From assembly GCF_009914755.1 (NCBI RefSeq), contig NC_060933.1: a stretch of DNA of 64,000 nt; one strand, 5' to 3'. This stretch comes from the human T2T-CHM13v2.0 reference genome, Homo sapiens. Shown here in pieces: positions 1-13,574 of the stretch. The translations under genes and the position numbers were made by a program. The first letter of the stretch is position 1; each line of letters opens with the position of its first letter. The notes below the pieces were generated by a model. It was not told the DNA's origin. It did not search any database and worked only from the letters and a program-made list of their open reading frames with translations.

Positions 1-29
1 AAAAAAATAAAAACTTCCTCTGAAGGATG

Positions 30-1245
30 CTTTTTCAGACAAACTGTCCTTCAGAAATAAAGATGGATAAAAACTTACCTAGATAAACTAAATTTGAACG
101 AGTTCATCAAAACTAGATCTGCCTTGGAAAAAATGCTAGACTGTTCTTCAACTTAAAATGAAGGATGCTAATTAGTAATATAATAACAGAGGAAAGTATA
201 AAACTCACGAGTAAAGGTTGGTATATATTAAAATTCAGAATACTCAACACTCCCAATAAAAAGTGGGCAAAGGACTGTAATAGAAATTTTTTCAATGAAT
301 ACATATAAAGGCAACAAGTGTATGAAAACATTCTAAGTATTGCTTATCATCAGGTAAATGCAAATCAAACCGCAATGAGATATCACCTCCCATCTATTAG
401 AATGGCTATTATCAGAAAGATGAAAAATAACAAGAGTGTTTATGTAAATGTACTGAAAAAGTAAACTTTGTACACTGTTGGTGGGAAAGTAAATTAGTAC
501 TGCCATTATAGAAAACAGTATGGAGGTTCTTGAAAAAATTAAAAATACACTTCCGTATGATCCAGCAATCCCACTTCTGGGTATATAGCCAAAGGAAATG
601 AAATCAGTATCTTGAAGAGATAGCTGTACTCTCCTGTTCATTGTAGTGTGATTCGTAACAGCCAAGATCTAGAAATAACATAAATTCCTAGACATAAACA
701 AATGGATAAAGAAAAGGTGATATATATATATGATGGAATATTATTCAGCCTTCAACAATAGGGAAATTCCTTCATTAGTGACAACATAGATGACCTAGAG
801 GACATTTTGTTTAACAGAGAAGCCAGACACAGAAAGACAAATATTGTATATCACTTATGCATGAAACTTGAAAGAGTCAAAATCATAGAAACAGAGTATA
901 ATGATGGTTACCAGGGGCTGGGGGGTAGAACAAATGGGGGGATATTGGTCAAAGGGTACAAACTTTCAGTTACGAAATGAATAATTTCAGGAGATCTAAC
1001 ATACAGCATGGTTACTATAGTTAACAATATCTATGATAATTGTATAAATAAAATTTATTAAGAGTATATCTACTATCTGAAGTATTCTCACCAGACAAAA
1101 AAGGTAACTATGTGAGGTAACAGCTAAGTCAATAAGCTTGATTGTGGTAATCATTTCACAATATATGCATGTATTTAATAATCAACATTGTATACCTTAA
1201 ATATTTATAATTTTTATTTGGCAAAAAATAAAGCTGGAAAAAAGA
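30..1245 (+). mobile_element. Old L1 (L1MA8-10/L1MB-like): ORF1 C-terminus joined directly to the ORF2 3' end and 3'UTR
   Basis: ~68-139 translates IKTYLDKLNLNEFIKTRSALEKML, matching the L1 ORF1 C-terminal motif IKTFPDKQKLREFITTRPALQEML. From ~252 the sequence is the ORF2 end (atgcaaatcaaaccgcaatgagatatcacctc, gatccagcaatcccacttctgggtatata), followed by an L1MA-type 3'UTR ending aataaagctggaaaaaa. Confidence 0.88.
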
Positions 1246-2729
1246 CATAAATACAATAATAAACATAAAATTGAAGTAGTGATCAACATTTTCAAACAAT
1301 AAAGAAAATAGAAAACAGCAGTGATAGTTAATAAACTGACGGGAAGGGTGAAGATTAACCAAGGGAAGGCTACATATTCAGAGAAAACAAATATTTTTAA
1401 AACAGACATATGTGGCCAAAAAATTCTAAATATTTTGATAGTTCCTGTGGGCATCACTGACATATAGTACAACATAATGATAGATACAATGTCATATAAT
1501 AATTGACATTACTTACTTACCATTTCTCATAACTGAACAAACAGGAAATGGTTTAGATAATTTCTACCACGTCACGGCTATTATGAAAGTTTGTCTATAT
1601 GACATGTTAACATTTGTTTTTCTCAAATATATTAATAAAGAATTGGACATTGCAACCCATACATTAGTATTAAATAGAGCTACAGTATGAGAAAGAACAA
1701 AGCATTCAGGAACAAAGATGGATTAAAAAAATTAAAGGAGAGTTTTCTTCTCCTTTATCTGTCTATGCGATAAAAAAATTTTACTTGGGGGAAATTTATT
1801 TTGGTATTTTAAATTTTCTTTCTGGATATTTGTTTGTTAGTTTTCAAGTACTATCAGAAGCATATAACTTTTAAGAATAAAGCCAAGGTCACTGAAACAG
1901 TTTGCAAAAAAAAAAACACCGTGTGATTGACTATCTACTTGGGGAGCAGCATCTGTTTTTGTTGTGGGAATTCTCTGCCTTGCACATAACTACAAAACTC
2001 TATCTACTACCCATGTCTTTTTTGGATTTAGCATTAACAATTGGTCAAACAGTAGAACAAAAATTTTAAAACACTCTTCAGTTGTTTTTCACCCCATAAA
2101 TCCAGACTTTCTTCTCTATTGTGCTATTTCTCAGAAAGGTTGCATAGGTTACTTCTAAGTAGACATGCATTGTATTCACTATCAAGTAGCCTACAATGTG
2201 CTTAAAAACATCCACACTTTTAAATTGTAACAACAAATCAAGAAAAAACTTCTACTGATATTCAACTGAAAAAAAAAGAATAAGAAAAATAAATTTAAAA
2301 TGAGAAAGTAAACAGGAAAAAATTACAGATTCCTAAATCAAGAAAAATCAGAATGTATCATTAAAACGTTAGAAGAATAAAGGAGATGAGATCCATGATG
2401 TAGACTGAGCAGCTTAGAAGAAAGAAGCTGAATAAATCTAAGGTATCTTAAAAAAATACTTTCATGGCTGCTTATGACTTGGAATATTTTCTTCTTGGCT
2501 GGGGGAAAATGCATTTTTAAAGCCTTATATGTAAACCAGAACAGTCAATTTCCTAAGAACTACTGATAGAAAATAAAAGTATAAGTAGTCTTTCAGAGGC
2601 TTGTACTTCTAAAGTAAAGAGCTTGTAAGTTTAGTAACATATACATGTTTAATTACTGGTATTCCATATGCAGGGTTGGCTGCTATTACTAAAACACTCT
2701 GTACAGAGATTTGCTAAGATGAAAGCACA

Positions 2730-2930
2730 CATAATAATTATCGTTATCACATGCTGAGTGCCCTCTTACACCACACTTCACAGACATTCTCTCTAATTCA
2801 TAAAACAATCCTGTAAAATAGGAATTATCATTAGTCCCATTATATAAATTAAGAAACTGAGACTCAGAGAAGTTAAATAACTTGCATATGATTATGCAGT
2901 TAAGTGATGGATTGAAGATTTAAATCCACT
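2730..2930 (-). mobile_element. MIR SINE
   Basis: MIR core on the reverse strand: cccattatataaattaagaaactgagactcagagaagttaaataacttgc. Confidence 0.8.
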
Positions 2931-3029
2931 TCTTTTGTATGGCTTTTAATACTTGACTCCATATGAATTGGTTTTTTGCATAGGCAGACATTTTAAAATG
3001 TCCTAGTTTATTTACTATGGGCTTACCTC

Positions 3030-3135
3030 ATCATCATTCATAAAATATTTTTAACTGTCTATTTTTTAATGGACATTGTTCTATATGTTGAGAATACAGC
3101 AGCAATTAAGACAATGTTCCGAACATCATGGACCA
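3030..3135 (-). mobile_element. L2 3' end fragment
   Basis: cattcataaaatattt...gacattgttctatatgttgagaatacagcagcaattaagaca resembles a reversed L2 3' tail. Confidence 0.55.
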
Positions 3136-5589
3136 GAAAATTAGCTATTACTCACAGAGGAACAGATCGGCAAATTGACCAGGGTCAGCTAATTTGTTCC
3201 CAAACTTTGTTTTATTTTTAACTTTTTGCTTTGGGCAGGAAACTATAAGATAGAGTATAACATGAGGCTTCAGCATGCAGGATTGCCATAACCACAGTGG
3301 TCCTCACATGTGACTTGAAAATTACATGAAAAATATGAATGATAGACTGACTCTACACCGTGCTGTCACCTGGATATAAACTCTATTCTTGGCATGTAAG
3401 TCCCTCCTTCAGCCCTGACATTTCTCCAGGAAATTCTTTTTTTCTCCAGATTTATGATGCTGTGTTCTCTCTTCCCCTCTTCATAACTCTTAAATTCCAC
3501 AAGGCAACTATCTAATTAATTCATATTTTATCACACAAATGACTTAACACTATCCTTGGATTATATCTCTCTGGACAGTACTTATTTTATCAAATGGAAT
3601 TGATTTATAATGGATTGGATTTAGAGATAACATATTGAGGCATGAAGATTTCCTATCTCCTTTATTCTGCTTAGATACGACTGGCATGTACAAAGTTACT
3701 CTTCCATAGCTAACTTTCAAGAAAGGCAGGGTCACACCACTTGAGAACATCCAATACTTGACATTATTTTTTGAAATCCAGTACAAACTGATCTGTGAAG
3801 CATAACAACAAGGCCGCTCTTCATGGTCTGCTCTTGTCCTAAAGCACAAGCAATTGGTGTGATGACCTCAATAAGTTATATAAAATCCACCTGCAGCCAG
3901 AAAAATTTGAAATTGAAGGATTTAAGGGGAAATGGAGACATCTTCCTTTCAGCGCTCTTGAATAGCAAAATGTCCCGTGATTCATTCATCCTTTTATGTG
4001 AAGGGGTCTGACAGTGACTTTAGTCCAACAGCTTCCAGACAACTACTCCGCGTATATTAGACTCATATCTGAATACTTAGTGCAATAATTGAATTCCAAT
4101 AACCTCTGCAAGCTAAATATATTGCCTTTATTCAAGGAACACTAGAAATTCACTGTAACAGTGCCCTTTGGAGTTCATAATTTGAGATGTCCTTCAAAGT
4201 AAGATTGCTTTATAAAGATGCCATTTTACTGCCTAAGTAACTAAACCTTCCTGGCCATGAACCAAGACAGAGTCATGGCATTTAATCTTATTATGCATAT
4301 TCCACAGCTTCATATACACAAAGGTGTATTCTGTGGCAAGTTTTTCAATATCTATTGGCAAAATATTTGCAGAAATTTATTTTTCTATTTCTAGGAACTA
4401 ACTGGATTGATTCTGTTTCAAGTGAAAGAACCAAGGACACACAGTAAAAGCTGAAGGCAATCTTGAATTTGAAATTAAATCTGAAATTTATGTCAGTCAC
4501 ATAAGTAAAGAGAAGGTTTCAGCAATTATTTAATACACTTATCCGGTTCAGAAAATAATCCAGATTATTGAAGTATACATGAAATTTCCTTCAGCTTTGC
4601 TATTTTTTCTGTACCAAGTGAAATCTTTACATGTATACACTAATTGCATATTTAATTATAATTCCACTTCATCTTAGCAACTTTAAATTAAATGCAAAGA
4701 CCCTAAAGTTGGCTACAGAGTAGAGCTGTGCCACCTCAAAACTCCATTCAACCACACAATAAATTCCTGTAATTATGTTTTTAATTAAACAAAAATTCCC
4801 TGAATTTTACAGGAATCTGTCAACATTCACATCAAAATGTACTGCAGGAACATGACTATTTTCCCGAACACTATATAGTATTAAATGTCATAGGCCTTAT
4901 ACTTTCAAGTCTTTTTGTCACATTACAGTTTTCTGCTAGGAGCTAAAATGGTATATGAGCTGGTTTTATAGCCAGAAATAGTCGTGGCAAGGTTATATTT
5001 TTTGATATTTTATTATTTGTTGTTCTCAAGAGTAATAAGCAATTCCTACTTATATTTGGGAAGTCAGAAAACAGATGAACCACTTACCTGACAAATTAAA
5101 TGTGAAAATAAAGAATAGACTGCAAATCTTTTAAACACTCATATTTTGATGTTAAAATATTGCATAAACAACAACTTTTCATTAAAAAACAAGAAATGCA
5201 CAGTATAGAAGAAAAACTAAGAAAAAAGATTAAATTTAGATGAGAGGCAGTCAGCTATAATATCCAAATTTCTAAATTTTAAAAAATGACAATATAAAAA
5301 TTAAACTGGCTATCTTCACATTAACAATGGCTCCCATGATTCACTGATACTTGATGAAATACTGATCTTTATATACAAATCAGACATCGAAAGAATGTAA
5401 TGTAACTTTCACTACAGACTTCTAAGCCTAATCTATGAGTATGAATGTGTGCTTGTTAGCATGTGAGTGTGTGTGAGAAACTGAAAAATAGTTACTAAGA
5501 CTCAACTGTGGATGCACTTCAAAGCACCTACTCCCCAAAATTGTGTGTTAAATTTAACATTTGCAATAATTGAATTCCAGTAACACCTT

Positions 5590-5668
5590 TGGATCTGAAA
5601 ACAGGTAAACAGTTTTCATCAGATCCTGAAGGGAATTTGTCACCCACCCAAAGTGTTAGAAACCACTT
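5590..5668. mobile_element. hAT-Charlie DNA transposon terminal fragment
   Basis: gttttcatcagatcctgaagggaatttgtcacccacccaaagtgttagaaaccact resembles Charlie-type MER ends (...aaaaggttaagaaccactg). Confidence 0.5.
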
Positions 5669-6204
5669 CAAATCTCAGCCATTTGTTTCCATACAGTCAC
5701 TGTTTAGTGTGTCATTCCATCTTGTAAGAGAGCTACTAGTCTTGCAGGTTGAGATCTAATGTTGTCTATGACCCTAATGTTGTTTTGTGCTTCCACAGTA
5801 GCTGCTCTTTATGTTTTTAGTACATAGTTATTGAAGCCAAAACTGATGGTGCAGGGGAGAACTGGATGAAAGAGCACATTTCCGGGAGATTACTATGAAG
5901 AGGACTCTATATTTTTTCCATTATTATTATTTTTTTCAGGTGAATATTTGAAAGCTATTCACTGTAACCCCGCATTCACAGATTTTAAGATTTTAGGAAA
6001 TGGTAACACAAATTCTCAGAATGTTCCCTGAGAAATATCTGAAATCAATCTGCACAAGGAATCAAAACATCCAAATTCAAATCCCAGCTTCATCTCTAGT
6101 TGAGGGACATAAGGCAATTCACTCAACATTCTGGGCTTCTCACTCTCATTTTAAAAAGAAAGTGGTTTGTTCCATGATCTTTAAACCCTGTTTTTCAAAT
6201 TTAA

Positions 6205-7010
6205 AATGCATTGCAGTACTATTCACAATAGCAAAGTCAGGGAATCAAGCTAGATGCTCATCAATGGTGGACTGGATAAAGAAATGTGATACAAATACAT
6301 GATGGAATACTACTATGCAGCTTTTAAAAGAACAAAATTATGTCCTTTGCAATAACCTGGATGCAGCTGGAGAACATAATCCTTCATGAACCGATGCAGA
6401 AATAAAAATCAAACACCAGGCCAGGCGTGGTGGCTCACGCCTGTAATCCCAGCACTTTGGGAGGCCGAGGCAGGTGGATCATGAGGTCACGAGTTCAAGA
6501 CCAGCCTGGCCAAGATGGTGAAACCCCATCTCTAAGAATACAAAAATTAGCCTGCGCAGTGGCGGGCGCCTGTAATCCCAGCTACTTGGGGAGGCTGAGG
6601 CAGGAGAATTGCTTGAACCTCGGCGGCAGAGGTTGCAGTGAGCCAAGATTGTGCCACTGCACTCCAGCCCGGGTGACAGACAGACTCCGTCTCAAAAAAA
6701 AAAAACAACAAAAAAAACAAAAAACAACACAAAAAAAACCACGTTTTCACTCATAAGAGGGAGCTAAAAATTGAGTACACATGGACATAAAGATGAGAAC
6801 ATAAACACTGAGTACACACAGACATAGACACTGGGGAGTTTCGAAGAGAGGAGGTGGGGGCAAGGGTTGAAAAACTAACTTTTGTATACTATGCCCACTA
6901 CCTGGGTGACAGGACCACTCATACACCAGACCTCAGCAATATACAATTTACCCATATAACAAACCTGCATACACAATACACCTGAAACTAAAATAAAAAT
7001 TGAAAAAACA
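6205..7010 (+). mobile_element. L1PA15/16- or L1PB-like 3' end, interrupted by an Alu
   Basis: gcagtactattcacaatagcaaag...ggatgcagctggag...[Alu]...cactcataagagggagctaaa...cactacctgggtgac...aacaaacctgca...ctaaaataaaa. Confidence 0.85.
6419..6738 (+). mobile_element. Alu, AluS (AluSg-like), full length
   Basis: ggccaggcgtggtggctcacgcctgtaatcccagc start, two arms, A/C-rich tail; gatcatgaggtc...gagttcaagaccagcctggcc pattern. Confidence 0.97.
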
Positions 7011-7223
7011 ATTACAGAAATCTTAAGAATACAAATACGTCTTATTTTGGATAGATAAGATAGGAAACTACATTTTTAGAATTATCTTCTGTACCATTTG
7101 CATGGAACATCCCAGGTCTCCTAACACACATTAATTTGGATGAAGCATTTTGTATATATTATAAAATTAATGACTAAAACACACTAAAATGAAAGAGTAT
7201 ATAATTATCCTCTTAGCCTTGAA

Positions 7224-7225
<2 letters not shown>

Positions 7226-7260
<35 letters not shown>
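7226..7260 (+). repeat. (CA)n microsatellite
   Basis: Direct reading, about 16 CA units. Confidence 0.95.
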
Positions 7261-7272
7261 TATCCCCCCACA

Positions 7273-7710
7273 CAGGGACAGACATAGACATGCAGATCCT
7301 CCTCTACTTACAATGGGGTTATGTACTGATAAATCGATTGTAAGTTGAAAATATTGTAAGTCAAAATAGATTAAATACACCTGAACTCCCAAACATCAAA
7401 GCTTAGCTTAGTCTACCTTAAATGTGCTTAGAACACTTATATTAGCCTACATTTGGGCAAAATCATTTGGCAACACTGTACGCTCATAGAGTCTCAATTA
7501 TTCACCCTTGTGATTGCATGGCTGACCGGAAGCTGCAGCTTGCTAATGCCGCACAGCATCACAAAAGAATGTTCAACTACGTATCATTAGACAGAGGAAA
7601 GATCAAAATTCAAAAATTTGAAGTATAGTTTCTGCTAAATGCATTATCACTTTTGCACCATGGTAAACTAAAAAAATCACAAATAGAACCTTCATAAGCC
7701 AAGGATTGCG
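7273..7710 (+). mobile_element. MER47/Tigger5-family (TcMar-Tigger) non-autonomous DNA transposon
   Basis: Starts cagatcctcctctacttacaatggggttatg; contains cttagcttagtctaccttaaatgtgcttagaacactta and gaagtatagtttctgctaaatgc. Confidence 0.85.
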
Positions 7711-7904
7711 TGTGTGTGTGTGCGTATTCTTCAAGCGCATAACATAAATACTAATTTACAAGTAATGTAATTTTGAATAAAGATCATGTACAAAACAAAC
7801 TAATGAAAGCTTTGCCATTATGCAGATATTCCAGAATAACTGAATGCAGATATTACTTAAATAATCAGACACAAAATTAGGGTATAACTTGAGAATAATT
7901 CTTA

Positions 7905-8200
7905 TGATAATTAATAATAGTCATACATTCCCATAGTTTTTAGGATTTTTTTGAAGCATTGTCACATACATCATTGTTTAAAACATCACAAGAATACTTC
8001 ATAGTAGATATTGCTATTTTTTTCCATAGGTTATTGGGGTGCAAGAGGTACTTGATTACATGAGCATGTTCTTCAGTTGGGATCTGTGAGATTTTGGTGT
8101 ACCCTTAACAGATAAGAAAAATAAGCATAAATTCTTTTCAAATGATATTTCAAGCTCACCCAAAATAGTAGAGTTAAGATAAGAAGTGGAGTCCCATGAC
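7905..8200 (-). mobile_element. Degenerate MIR split by a short L1PB fragment
   Basis: aagcattgtcacatacatcattgtttaaaacatcacaag...attgctatt and ttaacagataagaaaaataagc flank the insert. Confidence 0.55.
8017..8105 (-). mobile_element. L1PB-type extreme 3' end (~90 bp, heavily 5'-truncated)
   Basis: ttttttccataggttattggggtgcaag...gattacatgag...tgtgagattttggtgtaccc matches the reversed L1PB 3' terminus. Confidence 0.8.
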
Positions 8201-8232
8201 TTCTTCTAATATTTAAGAACTGCAAAATTTTT

Positions 8233-8977
8233 TAAATCGCTTTTGCAAAAATTGTAACAGTGAGAAAATTATGATGGTGACAGAGATCTGACTTAACCAA
8301 CTCCATCTTGCCTTTAACCCCCAAACTGCCCCTGGTCATTCCTGGGCTTGGGCCAAGCTAACTTTGGGAGAATTTCAGTTTATAGTTTAAATTTTAATAG
8401 CCTTTCCCCAAATTAAATTGCCTTTATAAAATAAAACGCCACAAATTTAGGGTTATGAGACGGGCCTGAATTTTGCTAAAATGTAGGAGTATTTAAATGA
8501 TTATTAGCTCTTGTTCCAGAGTTCATAAGATTTGTAACGTCCCTAGTCACTCCTTTAAGTAACATCACTATTATAGAATCTAAGATTGATCTTTTGAGTT
8601 GTCTTTTCAGACTTTTGCATTTCTGAAACCAGATGACTTCACTGGATGACTCCACTGAGACCCAAGACTCAAGACCCGACCAGTCCTGTGGCCCTCACGT
8701 GTAAGTGGATTCAGCCCACGAGTACCATTTTCCACACCCTTATGATTGCATTCCCCAACCAATCAGCAGCAACCATTCCCTAACCCACTGTCCACAACAC
8801 TATCTTTAAAAAACCCTAGCATTCAAATTTGCATGGAGGCTAATTTGAATAATAAACTCCAGTCTCCCATTTAGCAGGCTCTATGTGTATTGAATTCTTT
8901 CTCTATTGCAATTCCCCTGTCTTGATAAATTGGTTCTATCTGGGCAGCAGGCAAGATGAACCTTTTGGGTGGTTATA
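8233..8977 (+). mobile_element. Solo LTR, LTR8 family (ERV1)
   Basis: Start taaatcgcttttgcaaaaattgtaacagtgagaaaattatga...gagatctgacttaaccaactccatcttgc; CCAAT (caaccaatcagc), AATAAA near 8851, end gggcagcaggcaagatgaacc...ggttata. Confidence 0.88.
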
Positions 8978-9049
8978 TTTTCATGATTAGAAGATCTTGC
9001 ACACAGATAAACAGCAAAATTTCAAGTCAAGATAAAATAGGTGCAATAC

Positions 9050-9600
9050 GCATTCATTTCTTCAAAGTGAAACTGTATAAATAAATGCCAAGTAGCACAA
9101 GGCAATATGGAGCCAATGATTATCAAGTTTTTATTCTTGAGGAATTAATAATCTTACTGGGAAGACAAACTGTGAGCAGATTTTCACCCAGCAGCTATGG
9201 GAACACAAAGAAATGGAAGCTTTTTCTGAATGGAAAATCTGATTCAGGCTTCCTAGAGAAAGTGACGGCATATGGGAGAAACAAAGGCTCTCTTCTGATG
9301 ATGGAGAAAAAGGAATTCCTGGCAGTAGAAATAGCAGGCAATGGTGCAGGAAAGTACTTTGGGGCAGAGTACATTCAGAAGGTGCTGAAACTTTGATGTA
9401 GCTATAATGAGATATTAATGGAAGGTAATGATGCAAGATGGGGCTTAAAAGGGTAATTTATACATGATGAAGAAGGGTCTTGCTGCCAGGCTAAGGGTTT
9501 TAAGCCACATTCCAAAGGGGAAGAGTGCCAAAAGCATAAAGACTAATTCTGAAATGGCTCTAGACTGCTGCATGGAGTTGAGGTGGGGAGGTGGGTAATG
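9050..9600 (-). mobile_element. L2 fragment
   Basis: ttcttgaggaattaataatcttactgggaagacaaac, ggcttcctagagaaagtgac, gggtcttgctgccaggctaaggg are typical of reversed L2. Confidence 0.65.
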
Positions 9601-12600
9601 GGGTGGCAGATCCAGATTCAGATTGCCTGTGTGTCTCAGCAGCTGTCATTCATTCTCTAGCCAGATTTAGGTAACAGATTAAATTTATCCAATTAATCTT
9701 TGCCTGTAGATTTTTAAATTTCAGACTATGCGCATTGTGCAATAGCTTCATAAAGATTAACAATTATTTAATGATATTATAGAAAGTTCTTTATTTTATA
9801 CTGTATAATTATTAATTATTAATCAGAAATAAGACGTCTCTTACAAGACTCAATTTATAACATGGTAGTTTGTGTTACCAGGAAAAACAGTTTCCTTGCT
9901 GTTAAACAAGTCCATGTTTCTAATTTTAACTTAAATTAGAAAAATATCCTTCTTTTATTGGTCATTCTAGTTATAAATTCTGCTAAAACCAACCACTTCA
10001 CTCTATGTACAAAGATCAAGCTTTGCCTTCCCTAGGTTTTTGGTGAATGCTAATTAACATTCCTCAGTATAACCTTAACTGTGACTTGCTAGTTAGCCCT
10101 GAAGGACAACATTCTATTTTAAGAAAAATATGTATAAATTCATGGTTGGTTTAAATGCAGATGTAGCCTGTTCTTGAAAGTTAGTAAAATAGGTTAAGCT
10201 TAGGTTGTTACCCCAGTCATGGTATTGCACTAAAAACTCCAGGGATGCCATCACATAAATGCATGGTAGAAATAATGGATTTAAGATAAGATAGAATAAA
10301 GATCGTAAGATTTATTTTTGTAAGATGTAATTATTTGAAAATCAATATTTAAATCATAAGAGCTCTTTTTTTTTTTTGTTTCTACAGCTACACAGTATGT
10401 GTGAGGTTCAATCTGACTATCCATCCTTTATGGAAATGCTACATTACACATTAACTCAAAGGCTGAGAATCCATTAAGTCAAGGTGAGAATCCTGAGAAT
10501 TAGCATCATCAATTGTGAGTTTTCTTTTCCCTTATTCTAGGCCTCCACGTGAGGCTTTCACTATTGTCCTTAGTCTCTTAGCCCATGATAAAAATATATA
10601 TTTTATAGGAATGGTTTAAGGAGATGCCTTTCTGAGGGAGGGGTAATGACAGAAAAGTACATCCATTTTTTATTAGTATTAAGGAAACCGTATTGGTCAT
10701 TCATCACTGACAAAACAATACTTTGTTGCTGGCTGTCTATTATACTAAACTGTGAATCCATGAAAATAAATTTCTGAAAATAATAAAAAACATATAAAAG
10801 TCAAATTTGAGCAGTGATGGAAGTAGGGTGGAAGTACAATTTAGCAAGAGTCTGAAGATTTTTAATAATTGTGTTATTTTGCACGAAATATTATATGATT
10901 TTGCTCAAGCCACTGGCTTAATATATTTTAATGAATCAAATAATGACAAAAACATAAGGGCTGCCAAACTGAGAGGCAATATATAACAATAAAATTAGTG
11001 GATCTGGCTCTTCACTGTTGGCTATATTCTAGGCCCATTTCAACATTCAGATTTAGCTGAATTATTTGGATTCCCTAATATTCCTTTTCCAGAAATAATG
11101 ATGAATTGGCTTAGGGGAGAAAAGAAGAATGGTATAGCGGGAGAACAACAGTCAAGAATCACCATTCATACTCCTGTCAAGAATCAATCAGTTTTCTTAG
11201 CTAGAGAGGGAAGCACGAGAGCACATTACATATTTGATCATGCATTACCCAAAAACCATTTGTGAAGCTGGGCAGGCTGTCAACATTACTCAAATGCACT
11301 TTGGGCTTTTCGAGCTCAACTTTTATTAGATGGATGTACATGTGAAAATCCATGGCTTTAATTGCTATAGCAAAAGAAGCAGTGCAGAATGTGTGTATGT
11401 CTTTGAGCCACAGGAATAGAATCCTCTTCAAACCTTGTTTCTTCACTGGTATGTCCCTAGTAATTGGAGAGATGGGTCTTGGGCTAGGCTAGGTGGAATA
11501 TCATATACCAGTACAGAATGCAATCCTTCAAACATTAGGACAGCTAATGTATAAATCCAAAACTTGTATAATTTTAGTGTCATTAGCTATAAGAAAAAGC
11601 CACTCTCTTTACAATTGTCCAGCAGATAACACATCAACAAAACATCATGAAACTGGCCCCAGCACAGTGGTTTTAAGGCAAAACACTTAAAGTTACCTTT
11701 CAGCAATGTCACAACTTGAAAAATACACGCGATTCTCTGGTACGAATCACCCTTGCCCATCCCCCTCCCTCCCACTGAATAAATATAGTACAAATCAGAG
11801 ATCTCTATGGAAGGATCATGCTGATTAATCTATTTCAGCTCTTGACCACTTGCGTTTTTGGTATAAAAATCACTTCTACTGTGGGGAAAAAAGTGACACA
11901 TTAACTGTAGAAATGGAATGTTGTATGGTTATACTGTCTGCTAAATGCACTGCTAAATCCACTGAGACGCACAGCATGGTTAAGGGCACCAGCACTTCGG
12001 CATTCAAACAGTCCTTTATTGAAGGATACAGGATAAGATATATTTATAATACTCTGTAGATCAACTTTCACCAAGCTCTGAGCAGCAATAAAGGAAAACA
12101 AATAGGGATTTTGAGGAACAAACTGAGCCACGACTCACTTTGACACTCCAAATACTGGTATTTTTCACTTAGCAGTAGTGGGTAAGTATTTTCCTGGAGT
12201 GACAGTTGAACCTTTAAAAAAATAAACATTTTTTCACTGTAAACAAAATAAATTCTGGCTGCTCCCTAGTCACTTTAAACAGATGAATAAATCAATTCAG
12301 TGGGTGCATAGGGAGAGAAACGACAGTAACATAGTTTCTCCCTTCTTAAAAACTGGAAGAAGATATATTGAAGGTGATGCTATCTAACCAGTAGTGGGTA
12401 AGAAGGAAGAAATTCAGGCTGTTGACATTTTCTGGTAAGATCTTGTAATGAACTTTAGATGTTTTGCTATTTTGTTGGTTAGAGTCCATCTAATATATTC
12501 CTAGAAGTTTCTTACAGTAAGAAAACATTGTGTGCATTTGTGTGCCTCTGTGTGTGTGTGTGTGTTTAATGCCCAACAACTGCATCTCTCACAGCTAAAT

Positions 12601-13574
12601 TTCATTATGGGAGCCAAACCAGCCTCCCAAAGGTAAAAATTTATAGGAGAAACTTGAATACCTGCAGTTACACAATGACTGACTGCACTGTTTCAGCTTT
12701 TTCTAAGTGTATAGAAACTTTTAAAAATCAAATCATCCACTATGATGATTTGATTTTTTTAAAAAGGAAAATCCAAAGGTCTAAACCCAAGATTCATGTA
12801 AATAATATAGTAAATTGTGATATATATATAGAATATATATATAGAAAGCAACATACAGATAAGTCTGAAAGGAAAACTTACCCATGATCAGTTTAATAAT
12901 ATGTCAATTATTTATGTCATTTCTCATATAAATGCCTTATATGTTCAAAAATAGATTCTTGTGAATAGATGCTGATTATAATGTAAATATACATAAACAC
13001 ACACACAAGAATGCATCTATTCTGCTGAGATATATTTAAAGGTTTCTTGTAATTTCAACTGATCAATGGTTTTCCTTCTTCTGAATATTAAATAATTTTC
13101 TAATGTAAAGTTACTTCTGAAAATTAATTTTCATAATTCATATTTATTTTAGAAATGTTAAAGAAGCATTCATTATAAGTGTGATATCATCACTGTGCTA
13201 CTTTTCACTATTTTATTTCTTATTAATGTTAGTCTAATTTTTAATCTCTCAATTACACAATGATAAACACATGAACATTATCTTCATATTGGCCCTGTTA
13301 CTAAGGCTTCCAGACACTCTATGTTTGTGAGACATGTTCTGTATTTAATGATTCTGTCCTAAGTCCTATATTGAGCTCATCAGGCTACCTTAAATATCCT
13401 ATATTCTGCTTTTTATTGATAAATTATTTTAAAATGGCTATTTCTCAAGGTGCTTAAATGACTTTGATGAAAACACAAGCTGAAAATCATGCTTCCACAA
13501 GTAAATATCTGGATAATTCCTTATGGTCTCTCTAGTAGTTTGAGAGAAAATCAAAAAGGAGGATTGAGAATTAA

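Noticed and set aside
12000-12040. Minus-strand AATAAA as a transcript 3' end
   Set aside because: The hexamer is very frequent in AT-rich DNA and no linked exon was found.
12173-12402. 14-bp direct repeat cagtagtgggtaag, 216 bp apart
   Set aside because: No element is recognisable between the copies, and it is short enough to be chance in 64 kb.
13162-13169. agaagcat as the left TSD of the hAT element
   Set aside because: It is a 7/8 match to 16490-97 but is not followed by a recognisable TIR.
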